A DNA stretch of 64,000 nt from Klebsiella pneumoniae (GCA_945862315.1 CAMAXW010000007.1:3773-67772), one strand, 5' to 3'; shown: positions 1-9,454, counted from the first letter of the stretch. Numbers and translations: made by a program. Notes: generated by a model from the letters alone, not told the origin.

Positions 1-1167
1 TTTCACCCGGCTACCACCGCCTTGGGCGCGTTGACGCTCGCCATCTTAGTGTTAGCGCCACGGTGGCAGAAGCGCGTCCCCGCGCCACTCATCGCGATGT
101 TGGTGGCGAGCGCGCTGCAGGCCATTTTTCACTTCGAGGGGGTGGCCACCATAGGCTCGGCTTTCGGTGGCCTCCCGCGTAGCCTGCCAAGTTTTACGCT
201 ACCCACCGCAGACTGGGCGCTGATCGTCACGCTGATGGGGCCGGCGTTTAGCATCGCCATGCTCGCCGCTATTGAGTCGCTGCTCTCGGCGGTAGTGGCC
301 GACGGCGCGACAGGTACACGACACGATTCCAATCAGGAACTGCTGGCACAGGGGCTTGCCAATATCGCAGCCCCCTTACTGGGCGGGTTTGCCGCAACGG
401 GCGCCATTGCCCGCACCGCCACCAATATCCGCAACGGGGCTACCAGTCCACTTGCCGGCGTAGTGCATTGCGTGTTCTTGCTGCTGGTCATCCTCCTCTT
501 GGCACCGCTCGCGGCGGCAATCCCCCTGTGTTCGCTGTCGGCCATTCTATTTGTCGTAGCTTGGGGTATGAGCGAATTACCACAGTTTTTGCGACTGGTG
601 CGGTGTGCGCCGCGCGCCGATGTCGCCATTTTAGTGCTGAGTTTTGGGCTGACTGTTTTTGTCGACTTGATCGTAGCGGTCAATGTGGGCGTGGCACTGG
701 CCGCGCTCTTGTTCGTGCGCCACGCTGCGGAATCTGTGAACCTGGTGGCCGACCCGGGACCAGACTCGGCGCTGGCCCCATGGCCTGCTGGGGTGCTGGT
801 CTATGCTATCGACGGCCCCTTATTTTTTGGCGCAGCCGCAAGGCTTGAGCACATTCTCGACAATCTCCAACATAAACCGGCGGTGTGCGCGTTAGTCCTG
901 CGCATGGGACGGGTACCGATGGTCGACGCCACCGGCATTGCAGCCCTTGAAGTGACGCTGCGCCGCTTTGCACAACGTGGCACACGGGTGTTACTGGCAG
1001 AACTGCGACCAAGCGTCCAGCACACCCTGGCGCGCGCCGGCGTATTGGGCTTACTGGACAAAGAGGACGTCGTGGCAACTCTAGAAGCCGCCCGCGGGCG
1101 CCTCGAGGTGGTGGTCTTGGCCACGCCGGTCGAGCCGCACACACACGCTTTGGGCGGCAAAATTTAA
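1..1167 (+). CDS. SulP-family anion permease, C-terminal part with STAS domain (5' end outside window)
   Basis: The reading frame is open from base 1. It encodes hydrophobic TM segments followed by a STAS-like tail (LVLRMGRVPMVDATGIAALEVTLRRFAQRGTRVLLAELRP). Confidence 0.85.
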   Translation, partial: FHPATTALGALTLAILVLAPRWQKRVPAPLIAMLVASALQAIFHFEGVATIGSAFGGLPRSLPSFTLPTADWALIVTLMGPAFSIAMLAAIESLLSAVVADGATGTRHDSNQELLAQGLANIAAPLLGGFAATGAIARTATNIRNGATSPLAGVVHCVFLLLVILLLAPLAAAIPLCSLSAILFVVAWGMSELPQFLRLVRCAPRADVAILVLSFGLTVFVDLIVAVNVGVALAALLFVRHAAESVNLVADPGPDSALAPWPAGVLVYAIDGPLFFGAAARLEHILDNLQHKPAVCALVLRMGRVPMVDATGIAALEVTLRRFAQRGTRVLLAELRPSVQHTLARAGVLGLLDKEDVVATLEAARGRLEVVVLATPVEPHTHALGGKI

Positions 1168-1228
1168 CGGGGTCTCAAGCTGCGGCGGCCCTCGCGGGCG
1201 GGCTCATGATCACTGGGGTGCACCGTAA

Positions 1229-1448
1229 GTAGACTGCAGTCTACATGGCCTGCGGCGCCGCGTGGGTTACGGCAACCCACGCTTCAATAAAGTCCAACGC
1301 CGTCGGGCTAAGCCGCCAAGTCCCCACGGATAACAGCGGTGTTATCCGTGGGGAGGTGCCGATTGTTAACTTGTGGACGAAAAACACCGTATTCCATTCA
1401 GTGTTCCAAAAATGGAACACGCGCAATTAGCAGCCGGGCTTGCTGCTA
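1229..1448. repeat. Cluster of five perfect palindromes/hairpins in the convergent sulP/rhlE spacer
   Basis: 1229-1244 is a 16-bp palindrome gtagactgcagtctac. 1260-1282 has a 9-bp stem. 1322-1353 has a 14-bp stem (ccccacggataaca/tgttatccgtgggg) with a 4-nt loop. 1401-1420 has an 8-bp stem. 1428-1448 has a 7-bp stem. Confidence 0.8.
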
Positions 1449-1531
1449 GGAGATGCGCTCAGTGGGCTGAGGACCTAGCCCGTGCGGCGCTTGCGAACCC
1501 CGACCCCGCCAATTGCAGCACCGTTAAGGAA

Positions 1532-2809
1532 TCATCCGCTGCCTGGTGGGCGACGCGGCCACACAAAGCCCCCAGCCGGCGGCGGCGCGGCTTCACGCAG
1601 CTTATCTTTTTTGCTTTTCCGTCGCCCTTTAATGCCACCTAACGAGGGGCCATCGTCCACGAGGGTGGCCGGTGTTGGCTCGAATCCCGCCACGACTTCG
1701 CGCGTCAGCTGCAGCGCATGGCGTTTTTCAATCAAGCGAAAATGCGCTTCGGTTTCGGCGCTCACAAAACTCACCGCTAACCCGGCCACACCGGCGCGCC
1801 CGGTGCGGCCAATGCGATGGAGATAGTCCACTGATGAACGCGGCAGGTCGTAGTTCACCACCACCGGCAGCTCCTCGATATCAATGCCGCGCGCCGCGAC
1901 GTCGGTCGCGACCAGCACGCCCAAGCGCTGCGCTTTAAAGTCCGCCAGAGCCTGCGTGCGCGCGCCCTGGCTGAGATCACCATGGAAAGCCCCCGCGCGA
2001 ATATTCAGCCGCAGCAGCTTTTGCGTCAGATGCTCCGTGGTGTAACGGGTGGCCACAAACACCAAGACCCGTTTCCAGCCGTGTTGTTGGATCAGTTGTC
2101 GCAAGAGGTGGGTGCGACGGGGTGCATCGACCGCAATCGAGCGCTGCACAATGGCGGGCGAGGTCTGCGGTGTGGACGCGACCTCGATACGCACCGGATC
2201 TTTTAGCAGTTGCTCCGCCAAATGGCGCACGACGGCCGGGAAAGTGGCCGAGAAAAGAAGGTTTTGCCGGTCTTGCGGCAGCCGTTGCAAAACCTGCGCT
2301 AACTCTTGGGAAAAACCCAAATCCAACAAGCGATCGGCTTCGTCCAAGACCAGCGTGTGGATCTGCGCGAGGCTCAGCGCGTTATGGTCGAGCAGATCTA
2401 ACAACCGACCCGGGGTGGCCACCACGATCTCAGCACCGCCGCGCAGCGCCATCATCTGGGGATTAATCGAAACCCCACCCAACGCGGTGACTACTTTCAC
2501 GGTCGCTGGCAAATGCACTGCGTAGCGTTGAATTGCCTCGGCGATCTGCGCCGCCAGCTCGCGAGTAGGCACCAAGATCAGCACCCGCACCGGACGCGGC
2601 GTCTGCGGCGGGTGGGCGGCCAGCGCTTGCAGCAAGGGCAGCGCAAAGGCGGCGGTTTTACCCGATCCCGTTTGCGCACAAGCCCACACATCCCGCCCCT
2701 GCAGTACCGCCGGAATCGCGAGTGCTTGCACCGGCGTGGGCGTCAAATAGTGGCGTTCGCTCACTGCCCGCAAGAGCGGTGTCGACAAACCTAGTTCGGC
2801 AAACGACAT
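1532..2809 (-). CDS. rhlE: DEAD-box ATP-dependent RNA helicase, RhlE-like
   Basis: Motifs AQTGSGKTAAF, VLDEADRLLDLGF, SAT and HRIGRTGRAG are present, followed by a basic Lys/Arg-rich C-terminal tail. Confidence 0.85.
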   Translation of the reverse strand: MSFAELGLSTPLLRAVSERHYLTPTPVQALAIPAVLQGRDVWACAQTGSGKTAAFALPLLQALAAHPPQTPRPVRVLILVPTRELAAQIAEAIQRYAVHLPATVKVVTALGGVSINPQMMALRGGAEIVVATPGRLLDLLDHNALSLAQIHTLVLDEADRLLDLGFSQELAQVLQRLPQDRQNLLFSATFPAVVRHLAEQLLKDPVRIEVASTPQTSPAIVQRSIAVDAPRRTHLLRQLIQQHGWKRVLVFVATRYTTEHLTQKLLRLNIRAGAFHGDLSQGARTQALADFKAQRLGVLVATDVAARGIDIEELPVVVNYDLPRSSVDYLHRIGRTGRAGVAGLAVSFVSAETEAHFRLIEKRHALQLTREVVAGFEPTPATLVDDGPSLGGIKGRRKSKKDKLREAAPPPAGGFVWPRRPPGSG

Positions 2810-2812
2810 CCC

Positions 2813-4189
2813 TTAAGCCTCCAACTCGCGAACCCGAAAATTGCGTCCTTTGATTTTACCCAAGCGCAGTCCGGCCACGGCTCGCTGGTGCCAATCGCGG
2901 GCGATAGCCACATAGGTGCGGGTAGGAAAGACATCAATTTTACCCACGGCCGTCGCGGGTAAACCGGCCACCCCGGTGAGCGCACCGAGCAAATCACCAG
3001 GGCGCAGTTTGTCTTGGCGGCCCGCATCGATGGCCACCGTGATAAACGGCGCGACGAGCGGCGCGTTCGCCCGGGCGAGCGCCGGCACACGGCCCCAACG
3101 CAGCGCCACACCTAAACGCTCTTTAATAAGATTCGCCCGCGGCGATTCCTGCGCTGAACACAAGCTCAACGCCAGGCCACGTCGTCCCGCGCGCCCCGTG
3201 CGTCCCACGCGGTGTAGGTGGGTATCGGGATCGGTGGCGAGGTCAAAATTAATCACCATCGGCAGGTCGACGATATCCAAGCCGCGCGCGGCCACATCAG
3301 ATGCCACTAAAACAGTCGCGCTGCGATTAGCAAAACGCACCAACATTTCCTCACGCTCGCGCGGGTCGAGTTCTCCGTGCAGGAATAAAACCGAGAACTT
3401 TCGGGCCATGAGTTCATCGGCCACACTGCGCACCACCTGCCGGGTATTACAAAAAATCACTGCTGACTCGGGTCGATAGGAAAGCAGTAGTGCCGTCACC
3501 GCCGCCAGTTTTTGCGCGGGTTCCACTTCAAAAAAAAGCTGTTCAATGAGCGCATCTTCCGGCTCAACGCTGAGGGTGACATCGAGCGCCGCCTGTTGCA
3601 GACCGCGGCTGATAGCCCGAATAGCCGGGGGAATGGTGGCCGAAAACATCAGGGTTTGACGGGGCTTCGGCAGATGCTCCATGAGTTGCGCAATGGCCGG
3701 TGCAAACCCCATATCCAACATCCGGTCGGCTTCATCGAGCACCAACACCGCTAACGATTTCAGGGGCAGCGCGGCGTGTTCAATCAACTCGAGCAAACGC
3801 CCCGGCGTGCCCACCACGATGTGCGGTTCGTGGGCTAGGGATGCGAGGTGTGGACGCAGCGGCACACCGCCGCACAGCGTGAGGACCTTCACGTTGGGAA
3901 TGAAACGCGCCAAGCGGCGAATCTCACGGCTGACCTGGTCCGCCAACTCGCGGGTAGGACACAGCACCAAGCCCTGCAGACGTACTTGAGTAGGGTCTAG
4001 TTTAGAGAGCAAGCCTAGCGCAAACGCCGCGGTCTTGCCGCTCCCGGTCTGCGCCTGTACCAACACGTCGCGGCCGGCCAAAATCGCCGGCAGCGCGGCG
4101 GCTTGCACCGGCGTCATTTGGGCATAATCCACCTCCGCGAGTGCTTGCGTCAGTGGGTCGATCAAATTTAAATCAGCAAAGTTATTCAT
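2813..4189 (-). CDS. dbpA: DEAD-box RNA helicase DbpA-type (C-terminal DbpA RNA-binding domain)
   Basis: Motifs AQTGSGKTAAF, VLDEADRMLDMGF, SAT and HRVGRTGRAG are present. The C-terminal segment RPGDLLGALTG...VGKIDV...YVAI is typical of the DbpA RNA-binding domain. The stop lies 3 nt from the rhlE start. Confidence 0.85.
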   Translation of the reverse strand: MNNFADLNLIDPLTQALAEVDYAQMTPVQAAALPAILAGRDVLVQAQTGSGKTAAFALGLLSKLDPTQVRLQGLVLCPTRELADQVSREIRRLARFIPNVKVLTLCGGVPLRPHLASLAHEPHIVVGTPGRLLELIEHAALPLKSLAVLVLDEADRMLDMGFAPAIAQLMEHLPKPRQTLMFSATIPPAIRAISRGLQQAALDVTLSVEPEDALIEQLFFEVEPAQKLAAVTALLLSYRPESAVIFCNTRQVVRSVADELMARKFSVLFLHGELDPREREEMLVRFANRSATVLVASDVAARGLDIVDLPMVINFDLATDPDTHLHRVGRTGRAGRRGLALSLCSAQESPRANLIKERLGVALRWGRVPALARANAPLVAPFITVAIDAGRQDKLRPGDLLGALTGVAGLPATAVGKIDVFPTRTYVAIARDWHQRAVAGLRLGKIKGRNFRVRELEA

Positions 4190-4271
4190 CCCGACATGAT
4201 CGCATTATTGTGGGCCTGAGTAGCGAACCATATTTGCTGGGTATTCCACCACCCAGTGAGGAACTCCCACG

Positions 4272-5033
4272 ATGAGCGCACGTTTTTTGCTTGCCTGCTG
4301 GTTGCTCCTGTGGTGCGCAAGCCCCCGCAGTGGCAGCGCGGCGGCCCCGGCTATCCGGGTCTACGCGGCGATCAGTCTCACCCAAGCTTTGGAGGAGATC
4401 GCGCAGGCCTACGAGGACCAAACCCACACCCCCGTGCGACTGGCGCTCGGTGCCACGCCCAGTCTGGCTGGGCAAATAGAAAACGGCGCACCAGCGGATG
4501 TCTTCATCGCGGCCGACCGCAAGTGGCTGGATTATCTCGCCGCCAAGGGCTATCTAAAGGACGACAGTCGCCTGATCGCCGGCAACGCACTGGTGCTCAT
4601 TGCCCCACGCACTCGACCCTTCACGGTGCAGCTGACGAAAAATTTCAGCCTAGATCAGGCCTTCGAGGGCAAACTCTGTACCGCCAACGTGGACACCGTG
4701 CCGGCGGGTATTTACGCCAAGCAGGCGCTGATTAGCCTAGGTTGGTGGGCACCCATCGCCGCACGCATCGTCAACAGTGCAGACGTACGCGCGGCCCTAA
4801 CGTTCGTGGAACGTGGTGAATGTTCCGCTGGAATTGTCTACGCCACCGATGCAAAAATTTCCGATCGGGTCACGGTGGTCATGACGGTCCCCAGCAATAC
4901 CCACACGCCGATTGCTTATCCGGCCGCCGTTTTGAAGGGCGCGGGACCCGGTGGCCCAGCGTTTTTCGAGTATCTAAGCCGCCCGGGCGCACAGGCTATT
5001 TTTCAGCGTCATGGGTTTTTACCGCCGCCTTGA
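4272..5033 (+). CDS. modA: Molybdate/tungstate ABC transporter periplasmic binding protein
   Basis: It has a signal peptide and a ModA-like core (IRVYAAISLTQALEEIAQAY, ADVFIAAD). No modB or modC follows. Confidence 0.8.
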   Translation: MSARFLLACWLLLWCASPRSGSAAAPAIRVYAAISLTQALEEIAQAYEDQTHTPVRLALGATPSLAGQIENGAPADVFIAADRKWLDYLAAKGYLKDDSRLIAGNALVLIAPRTRPFTVQLTKNFSLDQAFEGKLCTANVDTVPAGIYAKQALISLGWWAPIAARIVNSADVRAALTFVERGECSAGIVYATDAKISDRVTVVMTVPSNTHTPIAYPAAVLKGAGPGGPAFFEYLSRPGAQAIFQRHGFLPPP

Positions 5034-5066
5034 GCACACCACCTGCTGGCGTTAAGCCGCACCCGC

Positions 5067-6029
5067 GTGCGGCGAGGAACCGGCATCCCCATCCGGCACA
5101 GATGCGCTACCATCGGGCGGCGCTCTGTGACCCATCTGCCTTGCGAAAATAGCTGCTATGAACGCCTTACCTACTGGACATTGCCAACTCACGCCCGCGC
5201 AGGCTTGCCAGTGGCCTTAAAAAATTGGCTTGCCAGTGGCCGCCAGCTGGCACCAGAAATTGTCGAGGCCAACGGTGTGCGCTCCCTGCATTTGGGCGGC
5301 GGCGCCATCCAGAGTGCGTTGCGGCTAGCCGCCCCCGAGCAACTCGAACTTCAGTACACCCGCGCCATGATGGCCGCATTGCTGTTTAACGCGGCACCGC
5401 GCCGGGTGTTGATGATCGGTTTGGGCGGCGGTTCGATGGCGCGTTTTGTGTTAGCCGGCCTGCCCGAAACCCATTTCACGGCAGTGGAAATAAACCCCAG
5501 CGTGGTGGCCGCAGCACGCGCCTTGTTTGGTCTGCCCCACGACGACGAGCGGTTGGAGGTACGCGTGTGCGATGGTCTGGTGCATCTAGAAGCCCACCCG
5601 CGCACGGCGGATCTGCTGCTGATGGACGCCTTCGAGAACCGCACGGCACCCTCGCACCTACGCAATGAACGAGCTTATACGGCAGCCTACGCAGCACTGC
5701 GCAACCATGGCATTTTGGCGCAGAATTTCATGGCAGAAGACCCAAGCTTAGAGAGTTGCCTCGCGCGCATGAGCGCAGCATTCGCCGGTCGCGTGCTGCT
5801 GCTACCCACGACCGATGGCAACAATGTGATTGGCTTTGCTTTGCGTACCCCGGCACACCACTGGCCCATTGAGCACCTCAAAACGCGCGCCGGCGACCTC
5901 GCGGTGCGTTATCTGCTGGATTTCCCTTCGCTCTTAACAGATCTTTTGACCCACAACCGCTGTGCGAACGGTGACCTGCTGTTGGGCCCCCTCAACCCCC
6001 CAGACACCTTCGACGAGGTCACTGTGTAA
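5067..6029 (+). CDS. Spermidine-synthase-like SAM-dependent methyl/aminopropyl-transferase (start uncertain, probably TTG/GTG near 5181-5211)
   Basis: LMIGLGGGSMARF...VEINPSVVAAARALFGLPHDDERLEVRVCDG matches the PABS/class I methyltransferase fold. The first ~40 codons of the ORF look non-coding. Confidence 0.6.
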   Translation: MRRGTGIPIRHRCATIGRRSVTHLPCENSCYERLTYWTLPTHARAGLPVALKNWLASGRQLAPEIVEANGVRSLHLGGGAIQSALRLAAPEQLELQYTRAMMAALLFNAAPRRVLMIGLGGGSMARFVLAGLPETHFTAVEINPSVVAAARALFGLPHDDERLEVRVCDGLVHLEAHPRTADLLLMDAFENRTAPSHLRNERAYTAAYAALRNHGILAQNFMAEDPSLESCLARMSAAFAGRVLLLPTTDGNNVIGFALRTPAHHWPIEHLKTRAGDLAVRYLLDFPSLLTDLLTHNRCANGDLLLGPLNPPDTFDEVTV

Positions 6030-6044
6030 AGTCGCTAGCGCCCG

Positions 6045-7295
6045 CTACCAGCGCTGCACCTTAACCGGCAGCGAGGTGTAGCCATGAATGATGTTAGAGC
6101 ATACGCGTTGGGGTTCGCCGACCACCTCGAGATGCCGAAAGCGCTTCAAAATTTCTTCCCAAGCGACCTGCAACTGGAGTTCGGCCAAGCGATACCCAAC
6201 GCAGTGGTGGGCCCCAAAACCAAACGATAAATGCCGCCGCGGCTGTGGCCGATCGATAATGAATTCTTCCGGGTCATCGATGTCGTCGGCATCACGATTG
6301 CCGGACAGATACCACAGCGCCACCCGGTCACCGGCGTTAATGGTGACGTCGCCCAAACGAAAATCTTCTAACGCCGTGCGCGCCATATGCGAAATAGGCG
6401 TCTGCCAACGGATAATCTCGGGCACCATGCTTTCCACCAACCGGGGATTGGCGCGCAGTTTGGCGTATTGCTCTGGATAACGATGGAGCGCCAGCGCCCC
6501 GCCGGTGAGCGAGTTACGCGTGGTGTCGTTGCCGCCCACAATGAGATTGATGAGATTGCCCAAAAACTCCTCGGGACGGAGATTTTTCGTGCCCTCGGCA
6601 TGCACCATCAGCGAGAGCAAATCGGACGCCGCTGGACGCTTTAAACGCGCTTGCCAGAGTTCGGCAAACAGGCGGAAACAATCCTCTAACTCGCTGCGCC
6701 GCTCTTCCCAAGTAGCCACAATGCCAAAGCCGGGTTCGGTTACTGCCACATCCGACCAGCGCGTGAGCAGGCGCCGCTGCTCCCAAGGAAAATCGAACAA
6801 CGTCGCCAACACTTGCGTCGTGAATTCGATAGAGACCCGCTCTACCCAGTTGAAGGTTTCACCTTCCGGCAGTGCATCCAGAATTTCACCGCAGCGCTGA
6901 CGCATGAGGTCTTCCATCTCACGCACGTTGGCGCGGGCCACAATCGGTGCAATAGCTTTGCGCTGCGCCGTGTGGATCGGGGCATCGGTGGACTGGAACA
7001 TGCGGGCATCCACGCCGTTTTGCCGAAACATTTTCTCGTAGCCCAGCACATGCCCACCCAGTTCATAACTGCAGGCAAAAGACTTGTCGGCAGCGTTTAC
7101 TTTTAGGATGTCGGCAAATTTAGTCAGCGACCAAAACGGGCCGTAGTCGCTGCGTGCGCACCAGTGCACCGGCGCCTCGTGGCGCAACCGCGCGAAGTAC
7201 GGACCGATTTCGTCACGCTGAAAAAGCCGGGGGTTACTGACATCCAGATCGTCCAACGCAATGGCATAGGGATCGATAGCGGCAGTGTTTGGCAT
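6045..7295 (-). CDS. Cytochrome P450, CYP153-like (alkane/terminal hydroxylase family)
   Basis: The heme loop is FGFGAHHCVGYRLAE. Long blocks match CYP153A sequences as I remember them (LIVGGNDTTRNS, EIIRWQTP, WYLSGNRD, LATLFDFPWE, WEEILKRF). Confidence 0.85.
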   Translation of the reverse strand: MPNTAAIDPYAIALDDLDVSNPRLFQRDEIGPYFARLRHEAPVHWCARSDYGPFWSLTKFADILKVNAADKSFACSYELGGHVLGYEKMFRQNGVDARMFQSTDAPIHTAQRKAIAPIVARANVREMEDLMRQRCGEILDALPEGETFNWVERVSIEFTTQVLATLFDFPWEQRRLLTRWSDVAVTEPGFGIVATWEERRSELEDCFRLFAELWQARLKRPAASDLLSLMVHAEGTKNLRPEEFLGNLINLIVGGNDTTRNSLTGGALALHRYPEQYAKLRANPRLVESMVPEIIRWQTPISHMARTALEDFRLGDVTINAGDRVALWYLSGNRDADDIDDPEEFIIDRPQPRRHLSFGFGAHHCVGYRLAELQLQVAWEEILKRFRHLEVVGEPQRVCSNIIHGYTSLPVKVQRW

Positions 7296-7421
7296 CGAGT
7301 CTCTCTTGAGGTAATTTTTTTAGCGCCGGCGATAGATTGATGGACCACCGTTCGCCTGGGTGATTGAACGACTTTGCCATGCGAGGATAATCGCGCTACC
7401 CCAGATCAGGAAAATGGCCAG

Positions 7422-8090
7422 ATGATCGACAAACGTTACCGCAGTGCGGCAGAAATCGTAGCGCAGTGCCCCGGCTTACAAGATGGTGCCTCGCTGCTAG
7501 TCGGCGGCTTCGGTGACGCCGGTGTGCCCAACCAATTGCTGTTGGCGGTACGCGATCTCGGGCTGACCAACCTCACCATCATCAGCAACAATGCCGGCTC
7601 CGGCGACGGCGGTCTGGCGGCGTTGCTGAAGGCTGGAGCGGTGACCCGTGTGGTGTGTTCGTTCCCCCGCTCGGCGGGTTCGGTGGTGTTTGAGGAACTC
7701 TACGCCGCTGGCGCCATCACCTTGGAAATCGTGCCGCAGGGCACACTGGCCGAGCGCATCCGCGCCGGTGGGGCAGGCATCCCGGCCTTCTATACCCCTA
7801 CCGCTTATGGCACACCGCTGGCGGAGGGCCGCGAAACCCGTGAATTCAACGGCCGACACTACGTGATGGAAATGGCGCTGCGGGCCGACGTTGCCTTAGT
7901 CCACGCCTGCACTGGCGATCGCTGGGGCAATCTTACCTATGCGGCGACGGCGCGTAATTTCAATCCCGTGATGGCTACCGCGGCCACCAGCACCTTGGCT
8001 GAAGTTCGGCAGTTGGTCGAACACACCCCGCCGGAGACCATCATCACACCGGGCATTTTTGTCACCCGGCTCGTGGCGGTGGCGGCATGA
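7422..8090 (+). CDS. pcaI: 3-oxoadipate:succinyl-CoA transferase subunit A
   Basis: This is a family I CoA-transferase A subunit (LLVGGFGDAGVPN). The symbol is assigned from its context with pcaHG/pcaB. The start was moved to the ATG at 7422. Confidence 0.75.
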   Translation: MIDKRYRSAAEIVAQCPGLQDGASLLVGGFGDAGVPNQLLLAVRDLGLTNLTIISNNAGSGDGGLAALLKAGAVTRVVCSFPRSAGSVVFEELYAAGAITLEIVPQGTLAERIRAGGAGIPAFYTPTAYGTPLAEGRETREFNGRHYVMEMALRADVALVHACTGDRWGNLTYAATARNFNPVMATAATSTLAEVRQLVEHTPPETIITPGIFVTRLVAVAA

Positions 8091-8755
8091 TCACGCCATT
8101 GTCCACCCAAGACATTGCCCGCCGGGTAGCCGCAGATATCGTTGAAGGCGCATACGTCAATTTGGGGATTGGACTACCCATGCTGGTCGCCGACCAAATC
8201 CCACCCGGACGTGAATTTGTACTGCACTCAGAAAACGGCCTGTTGGGCATGGGGCCCGCACCGCTGCCGGCCGCCGCCAACCCCGACCTCATCAACGCGG
8301 GCAAGCAGCCTGTCACCATCCTGCCCGGCGGATCGTTTTTCCATCATGCCGATTCCTTCGCGATGATTCGTGGTGGCCATATTGATGTCTCGATTCTGGG
8401 CGCCTATCAAATCGCCTCCAACGGCGACCTCGCCAACTGGGCCTTGCCCGGGGCTAAATTACCCGCGGTAGGCGGGGCGATGGACCTCGTCGCCGGTGCC
8501 AAACAAGTGTGGGTCATGTTGGCCGCTCACGTCGCAAAGGATGGGCAACCACGGGTCGTTGAACGGTGTAATTTACCGCTGACAGGGCTCGCCTGCGTGG
8601 ATCGCATCTACTCAGATTTGGCGATCATTGAAGTGACGCCGGAGGGCCTGCTGGTCACGGATTTACTCGCCGGGCTCACGCCCGAAGCGCTGCAAGCAAA
8701 AACCGGTGCGACACTGCGTTTTGCGCAAAACTGCCGCGTCTTGCGCGCCACGTGA
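8087..8755 (+). CDS. pcaJ: 3-oxoadipate:succinyl-CoA transferase subunit B
   Basis: This is a B subunit with the active-site SENG motif (LHSENGLLGMGP). It overlaps pcaI by ATGA. Confidence 0.75.
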   Translation: MITPLSTQDIARRVAADIVEGAYVNLGIGLPMLVADQIPPGREFVLHSENGLLGMGPAPLPAAANPDLINAGKQPVTILPGGSFFHHADSFAMIRGGHIDVSILGAYQIASNGDLANWALPGAKLPAVGGAMDLVAGAKQVWVMLAAHVAKDGQPRVVERCNLPLTGLACVDRIYSDLAIIEVTPEGLLVTDLLAGLTPEALQAKTGATLRFAQNCRVLRAT

Positions 8756-9453
8756 GGCGAGTAGCCCAACCGGCGACGCTCGGTTGGGCACCCAACCAGC
8801 TTCCCGCCTATCGCTCTAGCGCCAAGCGCGCACCACAGGCCGCCGCCATCGTGCTCCCCTCTCACCTGATGCCCAGTCAGGGTCCGCGTTGGGGTCCCGA
8901 AAAACTCCGCGCTGGGGCGGGCGATCTCACCACGCAAGTGCCGGGTGGCACGGCGCAAGGACAACGCATCCTCGTGCATGGCCGGGTAAGCGATGCGGCG
9001 GGTCGCCCCGAAGCCCATGCGCTCATTGAGATTTGGCAGGCGAACGCCGCCGGGCGTTATTGGCACCCGGCGGATCAACATGCAGCACCGCTGGACCCCT
9101 ACTTCATCGGCGCCGGCCAAGTGCTCACCGATGCGCAGGGCTGTTACGAGTTCCTTAGCATCGAACCCGGCGCTTATCCGTGGGGCAATCACCCCAACGG
9201 GTGGCGGCCCAAACACATCCATTTGTCGCTGTTCGGGGCGGGCTTTGCGGCGCGCTTGGTCACCCAATTATATTTTCCCGGTGACCCCCTACTGCCGCTA
9301 GATCCCATTTTTATGAGCATTCCACAGGCCGCGCGCCGCGCGCGGCTAGTCGCCAAGTTTGATCTCCTACACAGCCGGCCGGAGTGGGCGTTGGCCTATC
9401 GTTTCGATGTGGTGTTGCGCGGTCACGCGGCAACGCCCTTGGACGCTCACTAA
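8752..9453 (+). CDS. pcaH: Protocatechuate 3,4-dioxygenase beta subunit
   Basis: It carries the intradiol dioxygenase core ALIEIWQANAAGRYWHP and HIHLSLF. The GTG start overlaps the pcaJ stop. Confidence 0.85.
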   Translation: MRRVAQPATLGWAPNQLPAYRSSAKRAPQAAAIVLPSHLMPSQGPRWGPEKLRAGAGDLTTQVPGGTAQGQRILVHGRVSDAAGRPEAHALIEIWQANAAGRYWHPADQHAAPLDPYFIGAGQVLTDAQGCYEFLSIEPGAYPWGNHPNGWRPKHIHLSLFGAGFAARLVTQLYFPGDPLLPLDPIFMSIPQAARRARLVAKFDLLHSRPEWALAYRFDVVLRGHAATPLDAH

Positions 9454-9454
9454 A

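Noticed and set aside
1250-1491. MITE bounded by 8-bp direct repeats TGCGGCGC (1251-1258 and 1483-1490)
   Set aside because: The sequences just inside the repeats (cgcgtgggtt... versus ...ctagcccg) do not form terminal inverted repeats. An 8-mer this GC-rich can recur by chance.
4190-4271. Molybdenum-cofactor (Moco) riboswitch upstream of modA
   Set aside because: The spacer is only 82 nt and is shared with the divergent dbpA promoter. That is far shorter than the ~130-nt Moco motif, and I see none of its conserved blocks. Only a 6-bp hairpin is present.
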